Below, piece after piece: positions 23,403 through 37,990 of a stretch of DNA of 64,000 nucleotides. The stretch is from Hypanus sabinus (lineage: Eukaryota): contig NC_082722.1 of NCBI RefSeq assembly GCF_030144855.1, positions 20,212,001 to 20,276,000 of the forward strand. Reading direction: 5' to 3'. The notes under the pieces were generated by a model. That model was given only the letters and a program-made list of their open reading frames with translations. It was not told the origin of the DNA and did not search any database. Positions within the stretch are counted from its first letter, which is position 1. Each line of letters starts with the position of its first letter. Both the position numbers and the translations under genes were made by a program.

Positions 23403-26400
23403 AGTACGAAATTCTGCCATCATATTTGACCTGTCAAAATGAACCACTTCACACCAATCTAGGTTAAACTCCATCAGCAACTTCTCAGCTCAGTTCTGCA
23501 TCCTGTCGATGTCCTGCTGTAAACTCTGACAGCCCTCCACACTATCCACAGCACTTTTAATCATTGAGTCATCAGCAAACTTATTAAAAAAAATATTGAG
23601 TTCTCAAATGGTTACAGAAAGAAAAAGATACCCGTCCCCCCTCCCCTTAACCCCTCACCCTAACATATCCCTATAGAAAGAGAAAAAAAAAGTGTGAAAA
23701 GAAAAAAAGAAAGAAAGAAAGAATGCCTGGATATCGGAAGATCCCCACATGCTCCATGGAGTTCATAATAGCTTTAGTATATCTATTTATTTCTTTCCTC
23801 AGATAACCAGTAATGTTTTTCTTCGGAGCACCTGTATATTTAATCCTATCTTTTGTAAATAAGGCAGCCAAACTTTCAGAAATAATTCATATTTATCCCT
23901 TAAATTATAAGTAATTTTTTTCAAGTGGAATACAGCTGAAAATTCAATTCTTCCATCAATCTATACTTAAGTATGAGTCCGACTTCCAAGTAACAGCAAT
24001 AGCCTTTTTGGCTACTGCCAATGCAATTTTTATGATATTTATTCAATTTGGGTTTCTGTTTTATCCCTTCAATATGGCCTAGTAAAACTAATATTGGATT
24101 ATGTGGAAGTTGTGTTCCAATAATTTCCTTCAGAAAAACTCTTAAATTTCTCCAAAAAAGGTTGATTTTTAAAACAACACCAAGTAGAATGTAAAAAAAA
24201 GTACCATTTTCTTGATTACTTCGGAAATATTGATCAGATAAATTTGGCTTTAATTTATTTACTTTTTTGTGGTGTGATATATAATTCATGTAAAAAATTA
24301 TATTGCACTAATCCTAACCGGACATTTATTGTATTTGCCATACTGTCAAGACATAGTCTTGACCAACTTGTTTCTTCTATTTTAATATTCAAATCAGTTT
24401 CCCATTTTTGTCTTGACTTATGAATTCCTTGTTTAATTGCCTGTTATTGAATCAAACTATACATACAAAAAATATATTTTTTTAATTTTTCCTTTTTGAA
24501 TTAAATTTTCTATTTGATTAGTTTTCGGCAATAACATTGTTTGACACAATTTTTCTCCGAAAAAGGCCCTAAATTGGAAATAACAAAAATCAGGGTTGTT
24601 TGGTATTTTGTCTTTAGCCTTTAATTGATCAAATGACATTAATATACCTCCTTCTATACAGTCTCCTATATACCTAATCCCTTATTGCAACCAGTTGTAT
24701 AGAAGTTGGTTATCCATTGTAAAACGAATAAGTTTATTTTGAATTAAAAGTCTCTTTGCTATGAAGATTTCTTTACCTCTTCGTCAATATATATCTTACT
24801 CCATAAATCAATCAAATGTTTTAATATAGGAGGTTTTTTTTTCTTTTCCCGTATCCATTTAGATTCCCACATATATAAAATCGTCAGGTATATTTTATCC
24901 TATTTTATCTGGTTCCATTCTAATCGATGCCGGCTAATCTTCATAAAAAATGATGCGATAAATCTAAGTTAGTTTGCTTTATAATAAATCCTAAAGTTCG
25001 GAAGTTGTAACCATCCTAAATCGAATTTTGTTGTCAATTTTTCCAACGATATTCTTGACATCTTACCCTTCCAAAGGAACTTCCTCACACATTTATTTAA
25101 CTCTTGAAAAAACTTCTGCGGTAATTGTATTGGCAGTATCTGAAATACATATTGTAATCCATGGAATATATTCATTTGCATAGCATTTACTCTACCTACT
25201 AAGGTTATTGGTAACATCATCCATTTAACAAAATCTTCTTGAAATTTTTTCAATAATGTTAAATAATTTAATTTATATAACTTCTTTATATACTCTTTAT
25301 CAACTCTTATATATTTTATACCATTTATCGGACATCTAAATTGAGTTATTGACTATAATCTATTTTATTGAGGGGTAGAGTTTCACTTTTATCCCGATTT
25401 CTTTTGTAGCCTAATATTTTCCTATATTCTTCCAATCTAGAAGATAATTTATGCAGCGAATACAATGGGTTTGTTAAATAAAGGAGAACATAATCAGCAA
25501 ATAAGTTAATCTTGTATTACTCCTGGTTAACTCTGAAACCCATAATATCTGGATCCGTTCTAATTAATTCAGCTAATGGTTCTATCGCCAATACAAAAGA
25601 AGCATTTGATAATGGACAACCTTGTCGAGTTGATCTTGTTAACTGAAATTATGTTGAAATTTGACCATTTGTCACTACTTTAGCGTTGGGATTCTTATTT
25701 AAGGTTTTAATTCATTTTATAAACGATATTCCTAATACATATTTTTCCAATATCTTAAATAAAATTTCCCATTCCAATGTATTAAATGCTTTTTCTGCAT
25801 CTAAAGCAACTGCCACACTCATTTCCTCCCTCTTTTGTGCCAAATGAATTATATTATATAACCGGGTTATATTATCTGCCGATTGTCTATTTTTGATAAA
25901 TCCTGTTTGATCCATATGTATTAATTTTGGTAAGTTGTTTAGATAATCTATTAGATAATATTTTTGCTATTATGTTATAGTCGGTGTTCAACAAAGAAAT
26001 AGGTCTATATGATGTTGGTTTTAAAAGATCACTCTCTTTTTTTGGAATATTATTAAAATGGCTGTCGAAAAAGATTCTGGAAGTTTATGCGTTCATTCCA
26101 CTTGGTGTATTAAGTCTATGAATGGAGGAATTAGTAAATCTTCAAACTTTTTGTAAAATTCGAGGGGAAAACCATCTTCTCCTGGGGATTTATTACTCTG
26201 AAGTCATCCTAGAACTTCTTCGACCTCTTTTAATGTAGAAGGCATATCTAATACCTTCAGTTCTTCCGAATTCAATTTTGGAAGAGTTATTTGTGCTAAA
26301 AACCCTTCCATCTCGACATTACCACTTTTTAATTCTGCTTGATAATGTTCAGAATAAAATTCTTCGAAGTTTCATTAATTTCTAAAGGTTTATAAGCAAT

Positions 26401-29400
26401 TTTATTTACACATGTTCTAATTGTATTTATCGTTTTGGAAGTCTGGTCTGTTTTTAACTGCCAAGCAAGAAACATGTGTGATCTTTCGTAATATCTCTGT
26501 TTAGCTCTCATAATTGTTTTTGCTGTTTGATACGTCTGAAGTGTATTATATTGTAACTTCTTGTTACAAGTTGTCTTCGTTTATCTTCTGTCATATACCT
26601 TTGAGATTCCTTTTCTAATTTTGTAATCTCTTTTTCCAATTGATCTATTTCTACCATATATTCCTGCTTAATTCTAGAAGTGTAGCCTATTATCTGGCCT
26701 CTCAAATATGCCTTCATTGCTTCCCCAAATGTAAATTTATCATCAACTGAATGTAAATTTGTATCTAAAAAAAACTGAATCTGTTTTTTTCATAAAATCA
26801 CAAAAATCTTGACATTTTAATAATATTGAATTACATCTCCATCTATAAATTGATTCCTCTATCTACCAATGTCATTGTCATTATCAAAGGAGAATGATCT
26901 GACAATATTCTTGCTTTATATTCCATATTTTTTACTCTGTCTTGAATATTCGTTGTTAATAGGAAAAAAAATCTATCCTTGAATAAGTTTTGTGTCTATT
27001 TGAATAAAATGAATAATCTCTTTCTTTTGGGTTAATTCTTCTCCATATATCAATCAAATTTAAATCTTTCATCAATGATAAAGTTAATTTTGCTACCTTT
27101 GATTTTGTAACAACCTCTGTTGATCTATCTAAAACTGGGACTAGACAAATGTTAAAATCTACACCTATTAATATTTTGTCATGTGTGTCAGCCAACTTCA
27201 AAAAGGCCTCCTGTATAAATTTTACATAATTTTCATTTGGTGCATAAATACTCATAAGAGTCCATGGTTCTGAAAATAATTGTCAATATATAATTACATA
27301 TCTGCACGCCGAATCAATTAATACATTTTGTATTTTAATTGGTGAAGATTTACTAACCAAAATTGCAACTCCCCTCGCCTTTGAATTAAATGAAGCTGCG
27401 ATAACATTTCCCACCCAATCTCTCTTTAATTTCTGATGTTCTATCTTGTTGTTTCTTGTAAAAAAGCTATATCTATTTTAATTTTCTTAATGTATACTAA
27501 AATTCTTTTTCTTTTCACCGGTCCAATAATCCCATTAACGTTAAAACTTTAAAAACAAATCAGTAAATTAGACTTTATTTTTAACAAGGTCACTCCAATC
27601 TACAATAATAGCTAATATTTCAACTTTCGTAGTACCTTGGGGAATCTTTTTAAAATTCTCCATGTTGCTATGTTCCTCCCCTGCGTTTGTTGAGGCAAAG
27701 AAAGAAAGACAAAATACAATAGGTTACAAAGAAAAAAAGTAGCAGAATGCCCCCTACTAATATTGTGGATAAAAAAAAACATTACCCCTCTCCGTTGTAC
27801 GGGTCATGGCAATCACCATAATCAATCTGAAGATCCCCGAGCTCCCCCGTTTATATAAAAAAAGTATATATAAGAGAAGAAAAAAATAATATCACTACTC
27901 TCGATTAATATTTCTCAAATATTTACCTTTCTCCCCCGTATCGTATAATTAAGAATATATTTAAATATTCTTCTGTCCTTAAATGTCCATCAGTTCCATT
28001 CACTGCCCCTGTCTTCATCTTTAATCCATTTCACTTCTAAATCTTTGGCTCTAGTTAGCGAATATTTGGGAGTTTTTGTGCAAACTCTTCCGCATCCCGA
28101 TAATCAGTAAAAAATCTTCTTTTTCTGTCATCCAAAAAAAAATATCAGGGTTGCCGGGTGACGCAGTATAAATTTCCTTTTGCCTGGACATCAGAAGAAA
28201 ACAGTTGTTGGAAAAAGTGGACGTGCTTGAATATTGTAACAGACGAAACAATATTAAGATTGCTGGACTTAAAGGTATAGAGGGAAAGGATCCAATTTTT
28301 TTTTTTTCAGAAATGAATCCCGAAAAAATTGGAAATGGAAAAAGGAACCCAGTTAATTGAATTTGAAAGGGCTCACCGTGCCTTAAGACCAAGACCTCAA
28401 GTTGATCAAAACCCTCGATCAATCTTGATAAAATGCTTAAGATATTAAGATAAAGAAAAGATCCTGAAGGCGGCTGCCCAACGTGCCAGACCGGCCCGCT
28501 GATGATAGAACGGAAAACAGTTCTTTTCTATCATGAAATGTTATGACCTTTTGAAGAGAAAGTAGGAATCTAACCTAGAGAAAAATGTTTTCTGGGAAAA
28601 GGGTTACTAATCAGCAAACTTACTTACCTATCCCTCCAGTTCCTCATAAAGATTATCTACAAATATCACGAAGAGTAAGGTCCCAGAAAAGATCACTGAG
28701 ACACACCACTGGTCACCGACCTCCATGCTGAATACGATACATCTACAACCACTCTTTGCCATCTGTGGACAAGCCAGTTCTGAATCCACAAAGCAATGTC
28801 GCCTTGGATCCAATGCCTCCTTCTTTCTCAGGAAGCGTTGTATGGGGTACCTTCTCAAATGACTTGCTGAAATCCATATACACGACATCTACTTGTCTAC
28901 CTTCAACAATGTGTTTAGCCATATCCTCAAACATTTCAATCAAACCCGAATGGCATCAGGTGCCCTTGACACAGCCATGCTGACTACTTCTAATCATATT
29001 ATATTCTCCAATTTTTCAAAATCCTGCCTCTCAGGATCTTCTGCATCAATTTACCAATCAATGAAGAAAGACTCAATGGTCTATAATTTCCTGGTCTATC
29101 TCTACTCCAATTCTTGAATAAAGGAACTACTTCCGCAAACCTCCAATCTTCTGGAACCTATCCCGTCCCCATTGATTATGCAAAGATCATCGCCAGAGGC
29201 TCAGCAATCTCCACCCTCGTCTCCCACGGTAGCCCGTGGTACATCTCCTCCGGTCCCGGCGACTTATCCAACTTCATGCTTTCCAAAAGCACACGCACAT
29301 CCTCTTTCTTAATACTGTATCTGCATGCTCAAGCTTTTCAGTCTGTTGTAAGTCATCACTACATTCACCAAGATCCTTCTACATAGTGAATTCTGAAGTA

Positions 29401-31400
29401 AGGTATTCATTAAGTACCTCTCCTATTTCCTCTGCTTTCATACAAACTTTCCGACTGTCACACTTGATAGGTTCTATTCTTTTAGAACCTATCTTCTTGC
29501 TCTTCACATTCTTTTTGAATGCCTTGGGGTTTCCCTTAATCATGCCTGCCAAGTCCTTCTTATGACCCCTCCTGGCTCTCCTAATTTCCTTCTTAAGCTC
29601 CTTCCTATCAGCCTTATAATCTTCCAGATTTCTAACATTACCCAGCTCTTTGACCCTTCTGTAAGCTTTTACTTTTCTTCTTGACTGGATTTATTACAGC
29701 CTTTGTACAGCCTTTGGATCCTCTACCCTACGATAACCTCCCTGTCGCATTGGATGGTACCTACACAGAACTCCACAAAAAATCCCTTGAATATTTGCCA
29801 CGTTTTTCCGTACTTTTCCCTGAGAACATCTGGTTCCAATTTAAACCTCCAATCTTCTGCCTGATAGCCTCATAATTCCCTTTATTCCAATTAAACGCTT
29901 CTCTAACTTATCTGTGCATATCGCTCTCCAATCCTATTGTATCACCAAAATGCTCTCCCTCTGGGAGAACAGTCACCTGACTAGGTTCATTTCTCAATAC
30001 CAAATCAAGTACAGCTTCTCCTCTTGTAGGCTTATCTACATATTGTGTTAAGAAATCTTCCTGAACACTCCTAACAAACTCCAGCCCATCTTAACGCCTT
30101 GCTCCAGGGAAACTCCAATCGATATTTGAGAAATTACAATCTCCCTTCACGGCACCTTTTATTGCACCTTTCCAGGATCCGTTTCCATTTCTGCTCCTCG
30201 ATATCCCTGTTATCAATGGGCGGCCTGTATAAAACATCCAGTTAAGTGTGCCCTTCGTGTTCCTAATCTCCACCCACAGAGACTCCGTTGACAATCCCTC
30301 CATTGCGTCCACCTTTTCTGTAGTCTTGACACTACCTCTGATCAACAGTGCCAAACCACTTCCTCTTTTTCATACCTCCATGTCCTTTCTGAAACATCTA
30401 ACACCCGGAACTTGAAGTAACCATTTATTTCCTTGAGCTATCTTAGTCTCTGTAATGGCGACCATATCATATCATCAAGTACTGATCCACGCTCTAAGCT
30501 CATCGATTTTATTCACAACACTCCTTGTGTTAACATTGACAAATCTCAAACCTTGGGTGTAAGCGCGTCCCTACTTTATAACCTGCCTTTCCTCTCTCTC
30601 ACACTGTCTACAAGTTTTCTCTATTTGTGAGCTAAGCTCCTTTTCCCCAGTCTCTACGGTTCGGTTCCCACCCTCCTCCCCAACAATTCTAGTTTGAACT
30701 TACACAAGTAGCCTTAGCAAACCTGCCAGTCAGGATATTGGTCCATCTGTGTTTCAAGTGCAAGCCGCCCTTTTTCTACAAGTCACACCTACCCCAAAAG
30801 AGGTCCTAATGATCCAAAAATCTGAATTCCTGCCTCCTGCTCCAATCCCTCAGCCACACAGTTATGCCACACTTCATCTTTTTCCAATTCCTTCTGTCAC
30901 GAGGCACAGGCAGTAATCCCGGGATTACTATCTTTGCAGTCCTTCATCTCAACTTCCTCCCTAACTTCCTATGGTCTTTTTTCTGGACCCCTTCCCTTTC
31001 CTACCAATGTCATTGGTACTATATGTACCACGACCTCTGGCTGTTTACCCTCCCACTGCAGGATAACTTGGACGGAATCCAAAACCTACTGAGATCCTTT
31101 TCTGCGTCAACAAAAATACCTGGATGACCACCTAACTATAGAGACACTACTGCCTTCATCTTCCTTTCCCTACCCTTCTGAGACACAGAGCCAGTCACAG
31201 TGCCAGAGGAACGGCCACTGCCGGCCCCCCAGGTATGCTGTTCCCCCCAACAGCCTTAAATAGGAGTACTTATTGTCAAGGGGTACAGCCACAAAGGTAC
31301 TCCCTGGTAGCTGACTCTTCCCCTTCATTGTCCTGACTGTGACCCACTTGTCCATCTCCCGTAACCCCAGAGTCCCTGACCAGACGAGTGTCATCGAGCT
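23403..31400 (-). mobile_element. Long CR1 LINE (ORF1 remnant, endonuclease, RT), split by an L1 at 23584-28609
   Basis: Endonuclease ORF 30091..30354 (LSTESLWVEIRN), VDVVYMDFSKSFEKVP, LFVIFVDNL...SKFAD at 28610, which resumes as KFADD...VDSVEGCQSLQQDID at 23583. Confidence 0.88.
23584..28609 (-). mobile_element. L1-clade LINE, near-complete ORF2 plus part of ORF1, with inverted 5' segment
   Basis: IYAPNEN/YSRIDFF (APE endonuclease), QTGFIKNRQ...LDAEKAF (RT). ORF1 C-terminus on the minus strand; ORF1 middle on the plus strand at 28176-28607. TSD ATCAGCAAACTTA at 23571-23583 and 28610-28622. Confidence 0.92.
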
Positions 31401-31409
31401 GCATTTCCA

Positions 31410-34400
31410 TTTTTTGTAATATATTTTTTATTGAAGTTCATCAAGCAAACATTTCCATAAGATGTTTTTCAGTCATTGTACTTATATATCATATAATCAT
31501 ATATATCACAAATCTGCACAGTGTTTTTATCTGAGGTATTCACTTATAAAAAAAGAGTGGAAAGAAGAAACAAGCAAAAGGAAAGAACTATGTGCAAGTA
31601 TGGGGTGATATTTTTTTGACAACAGTTTCATTGATTTGTGAGAATAAAATCAGGCCTATGAGGTATTATTTAGTTAAACCATTTTTACAGTGCGAATCAA
31701 ATTATTCCAGCTTATGATTAACAGATGCTGTTATCTTCTCCATTTTGTAAATGTCAATTGCAATTTCCATCCAAGTATTTAACGTTGAGCTATCATGTGA
31801 TAACCATTTCCTAGAAACAGTCTATTTACGAGCCATCAACAGTATATTATTTTAATATTTATCTCTTTTCAATCATTCTTGAGGTACATATCCAAAATAT
31901 ATGGTCTTACTCTACAAGGGTATTTCACATTTAAAGATGTCTTGTAGGGCATTTTGTATCCCCCTCCAATAGTTTTTGATAACATGACAGTCCTAAAAAA
32001 TATGATAATGATTTGAATTTTGATTTCCACAATTTCTCCATCAAAAAGGGAAGTTACTAGCATAATGGAATTTCTGAGCGGGTGTAATAACATACCTTAT
32101 GAAATTTCTCCATCCAAACTCCCTCCATTTCTGTGAACTGGTACACTTCGATTGATATCTCCATATTGTTGGGCATTCTTCCTCAGATATAATTATCTCT
32201 CCTTCCTTCTCCCATTTGGTTTTAATGTATGAATTCGAAAGTGTTTTCAGATTTGTCAACCCCTTATCATGCTTGAAATGATTCTACTACCATTATCAGT
32301 ATTATATGCTTTTCTAAACAGCTCTATCGAGCATGTATTCGCATTGGTTACATTTTTAAGCGTCTCATTAACATATTTGCGCATCTGTAAATACCGATAA
32401 AAATTTTGCTTTTCTGATAAGTGTTTCTCTTTAAGCATTTCAAAGCTGAACAGTGGTCCTTCTTTCACTATGTTGCAAAGAAATGTTATTCCTTTATCTG
32501 TCCAGACCTTAAATCTAGCATCCAATTTATTTGGTGTAAAATCCGTGTCATATGCTCCCCATTTAAGAATTGTAATGTCTCCCTCTAGATTATATTCTTT
32601 TATAGTAGTTTTCCCTTTTTTAAGAGTCAATTTCACCCATGGGTTATCAATGGTATTTATGTACCTTTGCAGGTTGTTATCAGCCAAAATTGCTTGTATG
32701 GGGATGGGAAGTACCTGTTCCTCAAAGTGTTTCCATTGAGCGTCATATGATGGGTTGCACCAACATATCACAGCTCTCACCTGTGCTACAAAATAATAAT
32801 CTCTAACAGAAGGTAAGCTCATCCCCCCCGTTTCTTTTGCTAATTGTTTAGCTTTGAGACGATCACTAGGCATTGTACCCTGCCAATTATACCTTGATAG
32901 CATCTTGTTCCATTCATCGAATTGATTTTGATTTATCTCTATTGGTATGGTCTGAACAAGATATAACATTCTGGGCAGTATATTCATTTTAATAGACTCA
33001 ATCCTTGAACTGAGACAGAAAAAATGGAACCAGGTTCCATCTTGCCACATCTTCCTTATTTTTTTATATAAAGGCTGATAATTACATTATGATAATTCTG
33101 TCAAATCTTTTGACATAATGATGCACAGATATTTGAAAGACTCATTCTGCCATGCCACGGGGTATCGACCTTCAATATCCCTTGGTTGGTTATAGTAATA
33201 TGAAAGTAATTGGGTTGTGTCTCTGTTTATCTTGTATCCTGTTAATTGACCATATTGTTAAAAGGATTATGTCAATTTAGGTAAAGAGTATGTTGGTTGC
33301 CCGAGATAGATCAAAATGTCATCCGCATAACAAGCCAATTTATGCTCTGATATTTTTAATAGTAATTCCCCTGATATCTTCATTTTGTCTGATGTATTCA
33401 GCTAATGATTTGAGATATAACGCGATGCGTAGCAGTGACCATGCACAACCCAGTCTCGAGCTCGTTTCTAGGATAAGATTATTTGATAAATATCCATTGA
33501 TTTTAATCCTAGCAGTAGGATTGTCATATAGTGTCTGTATAGTTTTAATAATTGTGTCTTGGAAAACAAATCTATGTAAAACTCTGTAAACAAAATTCCA
33601 ATTAACCGAATTAAATGCTTTTTCAGCGTGCACGCGTATCACTATTGCTTTGATTTGATTTTTATGTATATGATCCATAATGTGCAGTATACTTCGTATA
33701 TTGTCTTGTGTCTGGCGTTGTCGTATAAAACCTGTCTGATCGTTATGTATCTGTATGGGTAGAAACACTTCTAATCGTTTGGCCATGAACGAGGTAAATA
33801 ACCTATAATCTACATTAAGAAAGAATATTGGTCTAAATAACCCGCATTCCCTTTCATCCTTGCCTATATCTAAGATTATCTCTTCCTTCCAACTGGGTGG
33901 CATTTGTGCCTTTTTAGAGCCCTGTGCAGAGTAGGGAGTAAAACAGGAATTAACTCATTTTTTTAATTGTTTGTACCACTCTGCCGTATACCCATCTGAT
34001 CCTGTTGAGTTGCATAATTTAAGCCTACTAACTTCAGCATTTACTTCAACTTCAGTTATGTCAGCAGTCAGCGTTCTATTTTGCTCTTCGCTTAAAGTGG
34101 TTAACTCTACAGAATTCAAGAAGGTGTGAATTTGGGTTATGCCTCTCGCTGGAACTCTGGAATATAGACTTTTGTAAAACCCTTCAAAAGTTTCTTGAAT
34201 TTCACTTAGCTTACTTTTTATCATTTTCGTTCTTGGGTCACTAATTCTATGAACTGTATTTTCTGCTATCTTTTTTTTCAGTTTCCACGCCTAGATTTCG
34301 ATGCACTTTCATAATGTCTCTGTTTCAGAAACATTGTTATTACTGATATCTTGCGTAAACAAACTATTAATTTCATTCCTATTTTTTTTTATATCCCGTA

Positions 34401-35530
34401 ATGTATCCTGTGCCAAATTCAATTTGTGTTTTCTTTCTCGAGTTCCTTCAGCTGTTTTGTAATTCCTCTAACGTTTTGTTACTTATTTTTTTTTTTCTTA
34501 TATGAAGATATCGCTATCATTATCCCTTTTATAAGACCGCCTTCAGAGTATCCCATAAAATGGGAGGTGAAACCTCTCCATCATCATTAAATTCTAAGAA
34601 GGTACCAATTTCTTTTTTTTATGTTAGTCCTTAATGTACGGATCACTGAGTAGACGAATTTAGTTTCCAAATAGTATTCTGTGGTTGTAGGGCAAAATTA
34701 ACAGATAAATATATAGGTGCATGTTCACTTACATCTACTGTCCCAATTCCACAGGTGTTTATTTTGTCTTTGTCTTTTCCAAATGTTATGAAATAGTCTA
34801 TTCTTGTATATACAGAATGGGGAGCAGAAAAATCTGTGTAATCCCTTCTGTCAGGGAAAAGGTACCTCCATATATCAATTAAACGAACAACCTCAAAAAT
34901 GTATTAACTTTCTTATGTAAATATTTTGTTTCATAGGTTTTTCTATTGGAAGAGTCGAAGTCTGGTTGTAATTGTAAATTTAATTCTCCGCCACATATCA
35001 GGAGGCGTTCTGTTTCCGTTACCATAATATCAGTAATTTTCTGAAAGAAACCAATATCACATCCGGGGTGTGCGTATATATTCAATAGAGTAACTGAAAT
35101 GCCGTCTATATTTCCCCTTACCAGAATATATCTGCCCTCTTTATCTCCCATTTCGAATACTTTTTTTTTCAAAAGTTAGCTTACTTGAGATAAGAATAGC
35201 AACTCCTCTCCTATGTCCTGATTTATATGAGGAGAAAAACAAATTAGTGAAACCCATTCTCTTTAGTTTTTTATGCTCATTATCACTTAAATGAGTTTCC
35301 TGCAAACATACTACATGGGCTTGTTCTTTTTTTTTTCATTTTGGATAAAATTCTGTTACTTTTGATTGGATTTAATAGCCCATTGACATTAAAAGAAACA
35401 AATTTTACCTTGTTCTTAGCCATCTGTATTTATCTGTCAATGTATCATTGAAATTAGAATAAAAGTTAATCGATCTACTCCCTGAACAAGTAAGAACCAG
35501 AAACGCAAATAATAACAAAAATGGCAACGA
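31410..35530 (-). mobile_element. Second L1-clade family, ORF2 essentially complete, decayed, 5'-truncated
   Basis: ATG at 35423 gives MAKNKVKFVSFNVNGLLNPIK; ORFs 34879..35172 (endonuclease), 33340..33903 (RT, QTGFIRQRQ...AEKAF), 32256..33050; A-rich 3' end near 31410. Confidence 0.9.
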
Positions 35531-35689
35531 ACCTGTGATTCCAAGTCGGAGGTCTCTACTAGATGACCCTGCATTGAGCTAGAGGAAAATTCTAACTGTG
35601 GGCGATAACCCCTCTCGAGATAGGTATCTGTACTGAGAGTGACGTCACGCGTCACGCTCCGAATAATCAGCCGTTGATTCGCAGCAGGC

Positions 35690-35872
35690 GGGCAGTTGCT
35701 CATGCAACTCAGCCTCCTCTCTCCACGCCGATATAGCTTGGCTATGGTGCAATCGGAGAGCAATGTGTGGTTAAGTGTCTTGCTCAAGGACACAACACGG
35801 TACATCCGCAGAGGCGCGAACTAGCGACCTTCAGATCACTAGACCAACGCCTTAGACGACTTGGCCACGCGC
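35690..35872 (-). mobile_element. tRNA-derived SINE with V-SINE-like core
   Basis: Minus strand: GGCGCGTGGCCAAGTCGTCTAAGGCG (A-box-like), GGTCGCTAGTTCG (B-box-like), then gtgtccttgagcaagacacttaacc core. Confidence 0.6.
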
Positions 35873-35879
35873 CAACACT

Positions 35880-36310
35880 TAATATTAAGGGAAGATTGAA
35901 CAGAATAGGATTTTATTTCGTTGAAAGTAAAAGATTGAGAGATTTGATAGAGGAGATTTGATACAACATTATTAGGTGTAAAGACAGGATAACTCAGGCG
36001 GGCTTTTTTCCCACTGAGATTTGCAGACAGTCCTGGGTTAAGGGTGAATGGTGAGAAGGTTAAGGAGTACATCAGGGGAAACCTCTTCATTCAGAGGTTC
36101 AAGAGAGGGTGGAATGCGTTGGCAGCACAGGTGGTGCATCCAATCTCGATGTCAATGTTCAAGAGAATTTCTGATTGGAACATCGTCGGTAGGGGTATGG
36201 AGGGCTATGGTGCTGATGCGAGTCGGTGGAAGTAGGCAGTTGATCTGGTTCGTCAAGACTCGATGCGCAGAAAAGTCTGTCCCTGTTCTGTACATTTATA
36301 TGACTGTATG
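35880..36310 (+). mobile_element. CR1 3'-terminal fragment
   Basis: RLNRIGFYFVESKRLRDLIE and IRGNLFIQRFKRGWNAL followed by a CR1 3' UTR. Confidence 0.75.
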
Positions 36311-36949
36311 ACACTGCTTCGATAGTATTTAGTTCTTTGGACGTGCTGGACTGAGAAGATAACATTTGGCTGTCCTGTTGGGTAGCCACTTCCGGCGTGA
36401 TAACAAAACGTCATAAAATGTTTTATAGTTACAAATCTGAATGAATATTGACATGCCGCTGGTAGGGTAATGAATCCCAAGTCGACAGCTTCGTAATTTT
36501 ATTAAAAGTTTCAGGATTTGTAACAGTGTCAAAGAAACTGTTTGTTGCTGTATGTCACGTAGTTGTTGGAACATAAAGAAGGTGGCTTGAAACAGCATTG
36601 TTTATTCGCAGGGCATTATATTTCTGGATGATGATCAGATATTTCGTTTTTCTGAATCCAAAGAAAATATGTCATTCGTCTCTCCAAGAATACTTAATGC
36701 AGGTGTATAATGAAGATATTGTTCCAATGATGTATACTTCTCATTTGCTTTGAACGCAATGTAAACTATTTGTACAGAATAAAATGAGCTGTAACATGAT
36801 TCAAAGCTACATTTATGTTGCGACACAATGGTAATAACAAACATATTGACAGTGGCTGCGGGTTTCCTCACACATTGCCTTTGCTGCTACGCAGATGATC
36901 TTTTCTTTTCTACAGCTGTAACGAACTCAAGGAGCTCGTTAAAACGAGT

Positions 36950-37260
36950 GTGTAAAATGGATCTGAAGAATCATTAGGGAGTTGGGTCATCCCAACCACA
37001 CACAGCTCCTGCTGCTACCATCTGAGAAACGGTACCGCAGCATAAAAGCCAGGACCAAAAGGTTCTGGGACAGCTTCTTCCACCAGTCCATCAGACTAAT
37101 TAATTCATGCTGATGCAACTGCATTCCTATGTTATATTGACTATCCTGTTGCATATACTATTTTTATAAATCACTATACATTTCACATTGTACATTTAGA
37201 CGGTGACATAACATCAATGTTTTACTCCTCTTGTATATGATAGGTGTAAGTAATAAAGAA
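36950..37260 (+). mobile_element. Rex1/Babar-type LINE 3' end
   Basis: ctgctaccatctgagaaacggtaccgcagcataaaagccaggacc...gacagcttcttccacc translates LLPSEKRYRSIKART...DSFF, typical of the Rex1 C-terminus (recalled). Confidence 0.55.
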
Positions 37261-37269
37261 AATTAGATT

Positions 37270-37990
37270 CGATCCAATTCCAACTTAATCAAAGTGTTTT
37301 GTTGCATCCTCAAAGAATTCAATCAGGTTCCTAAGGCTTGATCTGCCGTTGACAAAGCCATGTGGACTATCCCTAATTAGATTACGTCCCTCCAAATGCT
37401 CATAAAATCTACCTCTCAGGATCTCCTCCAACAACTTACCCACCACTGCAGTAAAACTCACTGCTCTATAATTTCCTGGGTTACCTTTACTCCCGTTCTT
37501 GAAGAACGGAAGAACATCTGCAAACTTTCAAACGTCTGGTATTTCTCCAGTCCTTACTGATGAGGCAAGAGGCTCAGAAATCTTCTCCCACACTTCTTAC
37601 AGTAGCCCAAGGCATATCTCTTCCGGTCACGGCGGCGTATCTTACTTAATACCTTTCAAAAGCTCCAGCACATTCGGTATCCTCTTATCCGTACACATTT
37701 GCGCTCAGTCTGCTGTCAGTCATCCCCACAATTGCCAAGGACCAAATGGCGAATACGGAAGCAAAGTATTCATGAAGTAACTACGCTACGTCCTCAGGCT
37801 CATGCACATTTTTCCACTCTCACTCCTGATGGGTTCTATTTTCACACAGCTCAACCTCCTGCACTTCACATACTTGTCGAATGCCTTGGGATTGTCCTTA
37901 ACACTGCTTGCCAAGGTCTACTCATAGCCCCTTCTAGGTCAGGAATTTTCATTCCTGACTCCTTCCTGACAGTCTTGTAGTTTTCTGGAT
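37270..37990 (-). mobile_element. CR1 RT fragment
   Basis: Reverse complement contains the ggatagtcmacatggctttgt (DSxHGFV) region and upstream ORF2 sequence similar to the CR1 at about 29000-29550. Confidence 0.75.

Noticed and set aside
36612-36702. Open 91-nt segment with AG/GT borders (GIIFLDDDQIFRF...)
   Set aside because: No recognisable domain; the homologous sequence near the window start does not keep the acceptor.
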